The position numbers and the translations under genes were made by a program. From Alphaproteobacteria bacterium (GTDB taxonomy: Bacteria; Pseudomonadota; Alphaproteobacteria; JAAXGF01): a DNA stretch of 64,000 nucleotides. This document shows positions 49,487 to 59,822 of the stretch, in pieces. The notes below the pieces were generated by a model that was not told where the DNA came from, did no database searches, and saw only the letters and a list, made by a program, of their open reading frames with translations. The first letter of the stretch is position 1. Each line of letters begins with the position of its first letter. The DNA is taken from NCBI GenBank assembly GCA_963555825.3, contig CAUVXB020000001.1:2348805-2412804 (forward strand). The letters are read 5' to 3'.

Positions 49487-49880
49487 CGGCGTGCCAGAAC
49501 CGCCAGCACCCGCGCCAGCGCCGAACCGTCCACCTCCCGGTCGACGATCACCCGCGAGCCATCGGCCAGCGCGATCTCCATCCGTCCCGCCGCCGGCGCT
49601 TTCCCCGCGGCAGCACCCAACGGCGGCGGCTCCACAACCACCGGCACCAAGCCGCCGGCCCCGCCAGCCTGCTCGCGAAACCGGCGCCGCCAGTTGAACA
49701 CCAGGTTGGCGTTCACGTCGTTGCGCCGCGCCACAACCGACACAGAAACCCCGGGCTGGTAGCTCTCCGCTACGATCCGGCGCTTCTCGGCATCGCTCCA
49801 GCGACGACGAAGGGCATCGGGGCCTTCCCGCCCGGACCCCGGATTCTCCACTGCTTCCGACATCTGCGATCGTGTCCACT
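49483..49880 (-). CDS. IS66 TnpA HTH protein (start uncertain)
   Basis: RRRWSDAEKRRIVAES...VARRNDVNANLVFNWRR. Confidence 0.8.
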
Positions 49881-49883
49881 TAG

Positions 49884-51128
49884 CCCGCATTCCCCAAGTG
49901 ACCGATCCATCTGATGCGGTTTCCGTCTGATTCCTGTATAAGAATCAGTGGATTAGATCAGACGGAGGGTGGGTCGAATGCGGAACCTGGAGGGTGAGTC
50001 GGATCGGGGGCTTCTGCGGGCGTTTTTCGACCGAAGACTGAAGTTCGAGTTCCACGGTTCGCGGATCACGTCAGACGCTGGTCTGCTCGCCTATCGTGAA
50101 CTGGACGAAGCCCTCGGCCTGACCACGCTGGCCGGTGACGTTATTGCTGACAGCCGGACCGGCAAGAACGGTTGGCACGGCATCATCGGTCTCCTTCGCC
50201 AATCCGTCTATGGTCGTCTCGCCGGGTACGAGGACGTGAACGACGCCGACCGGCTGGGGCGCGATCCTGCGATGCGGTGGATCGTCGGCGGCAGGGCTGT
50301 CGAGCGCGGCGGCGCATCGACCAGCCAGATGGGCCGGTTCGAGACGGAGTTACTCGCCACCAATGACAACCTCGCCGCGCTCGCTGACCTTTTGGGCATC
50401 TGGATCGACCAGGTTAACGAGCGCAAGCCGCCGAAGATTATCGTGCTCGACATGGACAGCTCCGTCAGCCCGACCTACGGTGACCAGGAGGGCACGGCCT
50501 ACAACGGTCACTTCGGCTGCACGTGCTATCACCCGCTGTTCGTGTTCAACCAGTTCGGCGATCTGGAGCGTTGCGCCCTGCGTCCGGGCAACGTGCACAG
50601 CGCCCATGAATGGCGCGATGTGTTGGACCCGGTGGTCGCTCGATACCGGAACAAGACACTCCGGCGTTATTTCCGTGGTGACGCCGCCTTCGCCTCGCCC
50701 GAGATTTATGAGTTTCTGGAAGCGGAAGGCTTCAAGTACGCCATCCGGCTTCCGGCCAACAAGGTGCTGCACGACAGCATCGCGCACCTGCTCAAGCGCC
50801 CCGTCGGTCGGCCGCCGAAGGAAGTTCGTCGGTATTACGCGAACTTCAGCTATCGGGCCGGTAGCTGGACGAAGCCCCGCCGGGTCGTCGCCAAGGTGGA
50901 GTGGCACTCAGGGGAACTGTATCCCCGCGTCGGCTTCATCGTCACCAACCTGAGCCGTCCTGCCGAGCGGGTTGTTGCGTTCTACAATCAGCGCGGCACT
51001 GCCGAGCAATGGATCAAGGAAGGCAAGAACGCCATCAAGTGGACGCGGCTGTCATGCCGTTCGTTACGCAACAATGCCGTCCGGCTCCAGCTGCATGCAC
51101 TCGCCTATAACCTCGGCAACTTCATGCG
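49884..51128 (+). mobile_element. IS1380 family element, 3'-truncated
   Basis: IRL CCCGCATTCCCCA; ITSDAGLL, LDMDSS, FRGDAAF, YNQRGTAEQWIKEGK; breaks off after NLGNFMRT. Confidence 0.9.
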
Positions 51129-51664
51129 TACGGCGAAGCGGGTGTTTCAACTGTATTGGGTCGACATGGAAACGGGCGAGATCGTGGATTTACGGCTGAC
51201 ACGGACGAAGTTCCTCGAACACTTCGCCAACCGCGCGCCGTGCCTTGTCGCGCTGGAGGCGTGCGGCGGTTCGCAGCACTGGGGACGGCGGCTGCGCGAG
51301 CTCGGCCACGAGGTACGGCTGCTGCCAGCGAAGATGGTTCGGCCCTTCGTGGGCGGTAACAAGAACGATGCGCACGACGCACGCGCGATCTGGACGGCGG
51401 TGCAACAACCCGGCATCAAGACGGTTGCGATCAAGACCGAGGAGCAGCAGGCGATCCTGGCGCTGCACCGCATGCGCCAGCAGTTGGTGAAGTTCCGCAC
51501 CGCGCAGATCAACTGCCTGCGAGGCCTTCTGACCGAATATGGCGAGGTCATGCCGAAGGGCCGGGCCGGTATGCGTCGAGGCATGGCCGAGGCCCTCGCT
51601 CGGGTCTCGGAGCGTCTGCCGGCGATGGTGGTGGAGGCCTTGCGGGAGCAGTGGGCACGCGTGA

Positions 51665-52838
51665 TACCGCATCCGGCTGATCAGTTCGGATAGATGGTTT
51701 TGGGCCACCAGTGGAAGTCGATACGCCCCTTGAAGAGTTCGGGATTGGCATCGAGAGTGAGGCAGCGCCGGGCGACGACGGCGTCGAGTTCCTTGATGGT
51801 CTCGAAGTGTCTGTTTGCGACCGGCTCGTCGAGTACGGGCCAGAGACATTCGGCCGGTTGCAGCTGGGGCGTATAGGGCGGCAAGTAGACGAGGTGGAGG
51901 CCTTCCGGCACCGTGAGGTTCGGCGCCGTGTGCCACCCGGCGCCGTCGATCACCAGGATGATGATGCGGCTCTGCCCAGCGCCGGCCTCGCGGGCGAAGA
52001 GGGCGAGCAGCTTCTCGAAGAATGGCTTGGAGACACAATTGGAGATGTACCAAAAGGTCTCTCCGCTGGTCGGCGAGACGAGGGCGGTGACGTAGAGCCA
52101 TTTGAAGCGGTGGTGGCCGAGCGCCACCGGGCGCATCCCGCGCGGCGCCCAGCAGCGCCGGGCCAATGGCTTCAGACCGAGCCGGTGTTCGTCGCTGGCG
52201 AAGACTTCGATCGGCGTGCCGGGGTGGCGCTCGGCTTCTTCCGCGACCAGGCGGTGAAGTTTTTTTTAAACGCCTGGCGTTCTTCCTCGCTCGCCGCCCC
52301 GGGGTTGTTCGGCCTGGGCACCTGCAAACTCCACTCGACTGCCTTCAGCGCCTCCCAGCCCCGTTGCGGCGCCACCGTCTCCAAGCCCAGTTCGCCCGCC
52401 ATCCAAGCCGCCACCTTCGGCCCAGACCACAAGCCGCCGTCCGCCGGCGGCTTTTTCAGGCGCTCTTTCAACACCGCCAGGACTTCCGGCTTCAGGATCG
52501 TCGCCTCGGAGCCGTTCGAGCGTCGACGATCGCCCAGCGACGACGGGCCGAGCTTGTTGTAGCGAGAAAGCAATTGTTCGAGCCAGCGTTGGCCGAAACT
52601 CGTCATCTCCGACACTTCGCGAACCGTATGGCCTTTGGCCAAAAGCCAGATCACCTGGAAGTGCCGCGCCTCCGTCGCCTCCGACGCCGAGCGATACCGT
52701 CCCTCCAACTCAGAAAGCTGCAAATGTTCCTCGACATGCGCCATGTCCCGCCCCTCCGCGAATCATGACTACGGATCCTAACCCTTTCCGATTCCAACGG
52801 GAATCCGTCGCAACCGAATCATTCAGGCGGAGTCGGTA
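51665..52838 (-). mobile_element. IS630 family element (two ORFs, frameshift at A-run)
   Basis: Ends TACCG...CGGTA with TGA duplication; DGAGWH and PYTPQLQPAE. Confidence 0.9.
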
Positions 52839-53299
52839 TGAGCCGCCTGGATGAGGAGATCGGCGAGATCGAGCGACGGCTCAAGCTTTGGCATCGGGAC
52901 AATGTCGCAAGCCGGCGGATTGCGGCGATCCCCGGCGTCGGGGTGCTGACGGCGACCGCCGCGGTGGCCATGATGGGCGATCCCGCCGCATTCCGGTCCG
53001 GCCGGGAGTTTGCCGCCTGGCTCGGTCTGGTGCCGCGCCACAGCGGCACCGGCGGGCGGGTACGCATGCTCGGCATCTCCAAGCGTGGGGACACCTACCT
53101 GCGTACCCTGCTGATCCACGGCGCCCGCTCCGTACTCACCACGAGCAAATCGCCGCCGGAATGGGCCTCATGCCTGGCCGAGCGGCGGCCGGCGAACGTG
53201 GCCGCCGTCGCACTGGCCAACAAGACCGCACGCACGATCTGGGCCTTGCTGGCCCACGACCGAACGTACCGGCCGAACTTCGTCAGCCAGCCCGGTTAG

Positions 53300-53576
53300 G
53301 GAAGACTGGCACGGAGATCACCTACCACCAGGAGGAGGTGTCACGCCAAGAGGTTGCGCAAGGTACGACGAAGTGTGATGGCGAACAGGTCAGACCGCGA
53401 TCCGCCAAGCCTGAACAGGCCCAAGGGCAAGAAGCCCAGTGGGAGAATGAGGCGCGGATCGGCTGATTCCATCAGGGCCAGCAGGCACCAGCCTGCACGA
53501 ACAGGCCGGATATAGAACTGCAACCTGGTTCTCCCGGAGCACCGAATCGGCCCTTGCCACCGGGAGGCGTCCATAT
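53300..53576 (+). ncRNA. Candidate IS1111-type seekRNA/bridge RNA region
   Basis: Long non-coding end downstream of the IS110 transposase, with a GATGGCGAACAGGTCAGACC...CAGGCCGGATATA layout. Confidence 0.55.
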
Positions 53577-53617
53577 AGGGCCTGTGGGCCCACGCGGGTC
53601 AACCATTGCACCGGCGG

Positions 53618-54388
53618 TTAAGCAGGTATTTTTGGGGATTTCCGCCGTTTTTGGCTTTGGTTGAGACGATAGCTCTCGCCGTTCATTTCCAGGATATGGA
53701 CATGGTGGGTGAGGCGGTCCAGCAAAGCCCCGGTCAGGCGTTCCGAGCCGAATATCTCCGTCCACTCATCGAACGGCAAGTTGGAGGTCACCAGGATCGA
53801 GCCCCGCTCGTAGCGCTGGCTGAAGACTTCGAACAGCAGCTCGGCGCCGGTCTTCGAGAGCGGCACGAAGCCGAGTTCGTCGATGATCAGAAGGTGATAC
53901 TTTGCCAGTTGCTTCTGCAGGCGCAACAGGCGTTTTTCATCCCTGGCCTCCATCAGTTCATGAACCAGGGCAGCGGCCGTGAGGAAGCCGACGGAGAGCC
54001 CCTTTTGGCAGGCCGCCAGACCGAGACCGAGGGCGATATGGGTCTTGCCGGTTCCGCTGTTGCCGAGCGCGATGATATTCTCACGACGCTCGACGTATTC
54101 GCATCGCGCCAACTCCAGAACCAGCATCTTGTTGAGCGATGCGATGGCCTTGAAGTCGAAGCTGTCGAGGCTTTTGACGGCGGGGAACCTGGCCTGTCTG
54201 ATCCGCCGCTCGACCATGCGGCGCTCACGGTCGATCAGTTCCAACTCGGTCAGACGGACAAGATACCGCACATGGTCGGCGCCCTCGGTGGCGCATTGGC
54301 GGGCCAGCTTGTCGTATTCGCGCAGGAACGTCGGCAGTTTCAGGGTCTTGAGGTGATGGGCCAGCAACACTTGCGGCGTATCGGTCAT
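53618..54388 (-). CDS. istB: IS21 helper ATPase IstB
   Basis: GNSGTGKTH, IIDELGFVP, TSNLPFDEW, LDRLTHH. Confidence 0.93.
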   Translation of the reverse strand: MTDTPQVLLAHHLKTLKLPTFLREYDKLARQCATEGADHVRYLVRLTELELIDRERRMVERRIRQARFPAVKSLDSFDFKAIASLNKMLVLELARCEYVERRENIIALGNSGTGKTHIALGLGLAACQKGLSVGFLTAAALVHELMEARDEKRLLRLQKQLAKYHLLIIDELGFVPLSKTGAELLFEVFSQRYERGSILVTSNLPFDEWTEIFGSERLTGALLDRLTHHVHILEMNGESYRLNQSQKRRKSPKIPA

Positions 54389-55100
54389 GACGCGCCTCCA
54401 CCCAACAAGCTCATATAACTGGCGGCGGCCGTGGTCGCCACGTTGGCCCGAGGCAGGTAGGGATAGATATCCAGGTCGAGTTTGGGCGGGCGTCGCTCGA
54501 TACGGCACAGCACAAGGTGTTTGACGGCGTCGTAGCCGATCGCACCCAGGCGCAGGGCGTCCTTCACCGCGCCGTGAAGCACCTCGAGATCGAAGGTCTC
54601 CAGAAGCCGAAGGACCTGGACGTATTCCCGCTTGCCGGCCTTGCCCATGCGCGCCTCCAGGCGACGGCGCAGGGTTGGGAAGGCATCAGGCAGTTCCCAT
54701 CCGGCTAGCGGCGCGGCCTGATCCAGGGCACCGATCTTGTGCTCCAGCAAAGGCAGGTAGTGGATCGGATCGAAGACCATATCTTCCCGGTCGTAGGAAC
54801 GGGGGTGTCGGGCAATGATCCCGGCGCCGCAACCGATAACCACCTCGTGGACATAGCCACGGATCCAGACTTCCTGATGGCCGTAGGCGACGGGCACGGA
54901 ATAGTCATTCGTCCGGTAGCGCACCAGGGACAGCGAGTTGACCCGCGTGCCCTGCTTGTCGCACGCGTCGAACGGTGCCGGCAGTGGCCTCTTCAACGCT
55001 TCGCGGTCACGCACAAACCGTTCGCCGATGCTCTCGCGGTGGCCGCGCAGGACGTTGCCTTGTGGACGCTGAGGTTCGAGGCGCTACATCTGGGCGTTCA
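54385..55100 (-). pseudogene. istA: IS21 istA 3' fragment
   Basis: LVRYRTNDYSVP, HYLPLLEHKIGALDQAAPL; N-terminus missing. Confidence 0.85.
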
Positions 55101-55150
55101 GGGCGTTGCCCGAGTCAGTTACGCTTATTTCAGTCCACGATGAGACCATG

Positions 55151-56023
55151 CTACGGCAGGAGATCGCGTAACACATAGGTCCGATGTAGTGAGGCGGCTT
55201 GATAGAACCGCCAAATCGGTGAATCCATAGCTGCGCGGTAATCTTCGCTGCCGTTCAGTTCATCCCACTGCTCATTCCAGGTGTCGCCCTCATACTCAGG
55301 AATCGTCTCACCGGCGGCGCCGAAAATTTCGCCCGACTGAGCCGCAGTCCGCCAAACCGCAATGCGCTCATCCTTATTGCCTTGCACTCTCAGGACGTCG
55401 AGCACGTGGGGTGCAATGACCTCGAATTCACGAGCGTCACCGCTACCGTAAGCGTCTCGCTGCATCCCGACAAAACGCCTGAACATGTCGTGCAGCGCGC
55501 GGCAACCTGCCAAGAAGGTCACGGGATTGTTGCGGGTGCTACGAAGGCCCGCAATCGCGTCTGACCGTTCATATTCGAAGCTCCATACGAGATAGGGTCG
55601 ATCGGGAAATGTGGCTACGGACCCGTGTCCAAGAGCGCCGGATACAGTTTCGGCGAACCAGCTCTTGATGTTGGTAAGCAGACCGCCGTGTGCGCCGTGA
55701 TTTTCAAAGAAGCGATTTGCCTTCTCCGTGACATAGTTGCGCATGTCGGGCGACAGTGCCGTGATCGTCTCGTCAAGCCCCTCGACCTCTTCGTTAAGGC
55801 GAAAGCTGGAGTTGTGGACTTTGTTGCCTCGCGAGCTGACACCCGAAAAGCCGTAATGAGAGAATGTATCGGCGTAGACATGTGCCGCTATACCCAGCAA
55901 GTGCAGTGCGAAAGCCCGATCCGAGAATGTTAGGTGGTAATCCCGCATTTCCTGGACGGTCGGGCTGTCCATGCGGCATTTGAGCCGCTCGGTGTAGGTT
56001 TCTCCGATATTGCCGGGAATGAA
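55151..56023 (-). pseudogene. DUF6765-like gene, C-terminal part
   Basis: FIPGN...LGIAAHVYADTFSHYGFSG; joins in frame with 59535-59776. Confidence 0.75.
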
Positions 56024-56051
56024 CCCGGATCGCGGCCCCGCCGCGCCGAAC

Positions 56052-56085
56052 AAAAAAAGGGCCCGAGGCCGAAGCCCCAGGCCCC
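56052..56085 (-). terminator. Rho-independent terminator
   Basis: Minus strand GGGGCCTGGGGC-TTCG-GCCTCGGGCCC followed by T7. Confidence 0.75.
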
Positions 56086-56413
56086 ATCCTTCGCGAGGTG
56101 CGTGCGCCGTCGCGATGGATCAGGCGGTTGTGCGCCGTCTAATTCGGAATCGCTCCAGGCTGCGAATGCAGCCCGCCGGCCGTCCGGCGCGCCCGCGCAG
56201 GCGCGGACCTTCAGGTCCGCTGCCGCGAGCGAAACAGCCGAGAGCGGTTCTCATCAAATGAGAACCGCTCTTGCCGTGTCGAAACGATCGACCCCGGGCC
56301 CAGCGCTTGAAGAGCTCGACGAAGACAAGCAGCGGATAGACCAGCGGGTTCCTGAACTACCTGAGATAGATGGCGACGGGACCGGCGCGCCCTTGCGGCG
56401 GGGTGCGGCGGCC

Positions 56414-57814
56414 CTAGACCAGCACGACCTTGCCCGGGTTCATGATGTCGTCGGGGTCCAGCGCGCGCTTGACCTGGCGCATGACCTCGACGGCCTCGCC
56501 GTGCTCGGCCTCCAGGTGCTTGATCTTGCCGTAGCCGATGCCGTGCTCGCCGGTGCAGGTGCCGCCCATGGCGAGCGCGCGGGCGATCATGCGGTCGTTG
56601 ACCCCGTGCGCGCGGCCCATCTCCTCCTCGTCCCCCGGATCGATGACGAAGGTCAGGTGGAAGTTGCCGTCGCCCACGTGGCCGACGATGGGCGCCAGTA
56701 GCTCCTGGGCGTCCACGTCGCGGCGGGTCTCCAGCAAGCATTCGGCCAGGCGCGAGATCGGCACGCAGACGTCGGTCGGCCAGCCCTTGGCCCCGGGGCG
56801 CATGGCGAGCGCGGCGTAGTAGGCGTCGTGGCGCGCCTGCCAGAGCTTGCTGCGGTCCTCCTGGCGGGTCGCCCAGCGGAAGTCGCTGCCGCCGCATTCG
56901 GCGGCGATCCCGCCGACGGTCTCGGCCTGCTCCTCGACACCGTGAGTGGAGCCGTGGAACTCGTAGAAGAGCGTCGGCTGGACCGGATAGTCGAGCCCGG
57001 AATAGCGGTTGATGGCGCCCATCTGGACCTCGTCCAGCAGCTCGATGCGGGCGACGGGGATGCCCATCTGGATGGTCAGGATCACCGAGTTGACCGCGCC
57101 CTCCAGGGTCGGGAACGAGCAGACCGCCGCCGAGATGGCCTCGGGAATGCCGAAGAGGCGGAGCTGCACCTCGGTGATGACCCCCAGCGTGCCCTCGGAG
57201 CCGACCAGCAGGCGGGTCAGGTCGTAGCCCGCCGCCGACTTGCGCGCCCGCCCGCCGATCCTGACGATCCGCCCGTCGGCCAGGACCGCCGTCATCCCCA
57301 GCACCACCTCGCGCATGGTGCCGTAGCGCACCGCGTTGGTGCCCGAGGCCCGGGTCGCGGTCATGCCGCCCAGCGAGGCGTCGGCGCCGGGGTCGATGGG
57401 AAAGAAGAGCCCCGTGTCGCGCAGGTATTCGTTGAGCTGCTTGCGGGTGACGCCGGCCTGGACCCGGCAGTCGAGGTCGTCGGCGTTGACCTCCAGCACC
57501 TCGTTCATCCGCGAGAGGTCGATGCAGACGCCGCCGCGCCGCGCCGCCACGTGGCCCTCCAGCGAGGTCCCGGTCCCATAGGGAATGACCGGGCAGCGGT
57601 AACGGGCGCAGACCGAAACCACGGCCGCCACCTCCTCGGTGCTCAGCACGAAGGCCACCGCGTCCGGCGCCTCGACCGGGTGGTAGGACTCGTCGTGGCC
57701 GTGCCGCTCGCGCTCCGCCGCCGAGGTCGAGAGGCGCTCGCCCAGGATCGCCTCCAGCTCGGGGAGCATGAGGTCGTTGCGACGCTGGGCCGCCCCGTGG
57801 GCGCTGCCCTCCAT
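56414..57814 (-). CDS. FAD-linked oxidase, D-lactate dehydrogenase (cytochrome)/GlcD family
   Basis: PYGTGTSLEGH, PIDPGADASLGGM, GSEGTLG, HVGDGNFH, GEHGIG..K, NPGK. Confidence 0.92.
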   Translation of the reverse strand: MEGSAHGAAQRRNDLMLPELEAILGERLSTSAAERERHGHDESYHPVEAPDAVAFVLSTEEVAAVVSVCARYRCPVIPYGTGTSLEGHVAARRGGVCIDLSRMNEVLEVNADDLDCRVQAGVTRKQLNEYLRDTGLFFPIDPGADASLGGMTATRASGTNAVRYGTMREVVLGMTAVLADGRIVRIGGRARKSAAGYDLTRLLVGSEGTLGVITEVQLRLFGIPEAISAAVCSFPTLEGAVNSVILTIQMGIPVARIELLDEVQMGAINRYSGLDYPVQPTLFYEFHGSTHGVEEQAETVGGIAAECGGSDFRWATRQEDRSKLWQARHDAYYAALAMRPGAKGWPTDVCVPISRLAECLLETRRDVDAQELLAPIVGHVGDGNFHLTFVIDPGDEEEMGRAHGVNDRMIARALAMGGTCTGEHGIGYGKIKHLEAEHGEAVEVMRQVKRALDPDDIMNPGKVVLV

Positions 57815-57857
57815 GAAAGCACCTTCCGCTGTCGGTCCCGGATCGACGCCCCACTAT

Positions 57858-59534
57858 CCGGGATTCCCCAGATGGCTCCTCCCAATCGCCGACAATGGTA
57901 GCACAATGGGCATCCGACCGCGAATCCGGCCGTGAGCTGTCACGATAGGCTGTGGTCCGCTCTTGATCGGGCTGATTTGGCGATGAGAAGCCCGGCCCCG
58001 TGACCATTTCGCACTGTGAGGGCGCACGTCGACCTGCGCGGCACACACCTGTCCTGTCGGGCGACCTGGAGGCACCTGGATGGGCCGCCGTCATGGCGGC
58101 AAAGGAGCCGGCCGCAGCCGGTCAATCAGGCGCAGAATCTCAGCGAACAGAGCTCTGGAGATAGCGACTTCCGCGAGCTGAAAGGTGACATAACGGCCAT
58201 GTCGCACGACCTTCGCGCCGATCTTGATGAGCTTGTTGCCCAGGGTGGTGAGCGACCAGTGTTCCACAGCCTCGGGCAGCGCCAGGGTGCGCAGGAAGTT
58301 GCCGAGATTATAGGCGAGCGCATGGAGCTGGAGCCGAACCTCGTTGTTGCGGAAACTGTGGCAAGATAGGCGTGTCCAGTTGATGGCGCTTTTGCCTTCC
58401 TTGATCCACTGCTCGGCTGTGCCCCGACCTTGATAGAACTTCGTCACGCGCTCAGGCGAACGGGACAGGTTGGTCACGACGAAACCGACACGGGGAACCA
58501 GTTCGCCGGGATGCCATTCCACCTTGGCCACCACGCGCCGCTTCCTGTCCCAGCTTCCAGCCTGATAGCTGAAGCTGGCGTAGTAGCGTCGCACATGATT
58601 TGGTGGCCGCCCAACCGGATGGGACAGCAAATGCGAGATACTCTCTTGCAAAATCGGGTTGGTCGGCAGGCGGATGGTGTAGGCGTAGCCTTCGGCTTCC
58701 AGGAACTCATAGATCTCAGGCTTGGCAAAGGCGGCGTCGCCCCGGAAGTAACGACGCATCTTCCTGTTTCTATAGCGGGCCATGACGGGTTCGAGAACTT
58801 CGCGCCAACCATCGGCAGAGTGGACGTTGCCAGGACGCAGGGCACAACGCTCCAGGTCACCGAACTGGTTGAAGCAAAAGAGCGGGTGGTAGCAGGTGCA
58901 GCCGAAATGCCCATTGTAGGCCGAGCCCTCCTGGTCGCCGTGGGTCGGGCTCTCGGATGAGTCCATGTCGAGGACAATCATCTTCGGCGTCTTGCAATCA
59001 TGAACCCGGTCGATCCAAATCCCCGAGAGATTGATCAAGGCCGCCAGGTTCTCATTCGTGGCAAGCCACTCCGTCTCGAAGCGCCCCATCTGGCTGGTCG
59101 AGGCGGCACGACGATCAAGGCCCTTGCGGTCCACGATGGCTCGCATCGCCGGGTCGCGCGACAGTCGCTCGGCATCGTTCACGTCCTCGTATCCGGCCAA
59201 GCGCCCAAACACCGATTGGCGCAACAGGCCCGTCAGCAGGTGGCGCGTGTTCTTGCCTCGACGCAGGTCCGACAACGTCGCCCCACCGAGGTCGGTCAGG
59301 CCGAGAACATCGTCCAGCTCGCGGTAGGCCAGGAGCCCAGCGTCCGACGTGATCCTGCTGCCATGGAATTCCAGCTTCAGGCGGCGGTCAAAATCGACCC
59401 GAAGGCACCCCGGTTTCAATTCACCCATCGGATACGCCATGGTCTGATCGCTACGACTATTATAAGATACTGAATCTTATATATGAATCGGCTCAAAAGG
59501 TCACGAAAATGGTGATGTAAATGGGGAATCCGGG
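57858..59534 (-). mobile_element. IS1380 family insertion sequence (complete)
   Basis: IRR CCGGGATTCCCCA at 57858 versus IRL CCCGGATTCCCCA. Confidence 0.9.
58091..59440 (-). CDS. IS1380 family transposase
   Basis: ITSDAGLL, LDMDSS, FRGDAAF, RGTAEQWIKEGK, LIKIGAKVVRHGR. Confidence 0.93.
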   Translation of the reverse strand: MAYPMGELKPGCLRVDFDRRLKLEFHGSRITSDAGLLAYRELDDVLGLTDLGGATLSDLRRGKNTRHLLTGLLRQSVFGRLAGYEDVNDAERLSRDPAMRAIVDRKGLDRRAASTSQMGRFETEWLATNENLAALINLSGIWIDRVHDCKTPKMIVLDMDSSESPTHGDQEGSAYNGHFGCTCYHPLFCFNQFGDLERCALRPGNVHSADGWREVLEPVMARYRNRKMRRYFRGDAAFAKPEIYEFLEAEGYAYTIRLPTNPILQESISHLLSHPVGRPPNHVRRYYASFSYQAGSWDRKRRVVAKVEWHPGELVPRVGFVVTNLSRSPERVTKFYQGRGTAEQWIKEGKSAINWTRLSCHSFRNNEVRLQLHALAYNLGNFLRTLALPEAVEHWSLTTLGNKLIKIGAKVVRHGRYVTFQLAEVAISRALFAEILRLIDRLRPAPLPP

Positions 59535-59776
59535 ATGAAATGGAATGGCACCCAGACCCGGCGCTGGTCATGATCGTCGAGATTGGAGCGGTCAACAAGG
59601 TGATGGGCAGTGGCCTCCTGGTCAATCCGCGAGCCATCGCGGAACCCCACATGACTTTGGGCCGTGTTGTCGTCAACGAATTGAGCGGAAGTGGCAATGA
59701 TCCGGGCCGCGTCGGAATTGAGGCCGCCGGCTCTGGCCATGGCGTAGGTGCCGTAATAGTGCATGTCTAGCTGCAT
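59535..59776 (-). pseudogene. DUF6765-like gene, N-terminal part
   Basis: MQLDMHYYGTYAMARAGG...SAQFVDD...VWVPFHFI. Confidence 0.75.
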
Positions 59777-59822
59777 CGCCTATCTCTTTCGTCATATTGT
59801 GTTCAAGTGTACCGCCCACCAC

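Larger units (their letters stand above)
47376..49883 (-). mobile_element. IS66 family element (left end cut by IS1380)
   Basis: tnpA-tnpB-tnpC order; GTAGGCATCC end. Confidence 0.9.
51129..53576 (+). mobile_element. IS110/IS1111 family element, 5'-truncated and interrupted by IS630
   Basis: AKRVFQ, LEACG, KNDAHDARAI; resumes at 52842 with IPGVG, GLVPRHSGTGG, ISKRGD, ALANK; ~280-bp 3' non-coding end. Confidence 0.88.
56024..59534 (-). mobile_element. IS1380 one-ended transposition unit carrying an FAD oxidase gene
   Basis: ATGAA duplication at 56019-56023 and 59535-59539; IRL CCCGGATTCCCC; surrogate end CCCGGATCGC. Confidence 0.88.
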
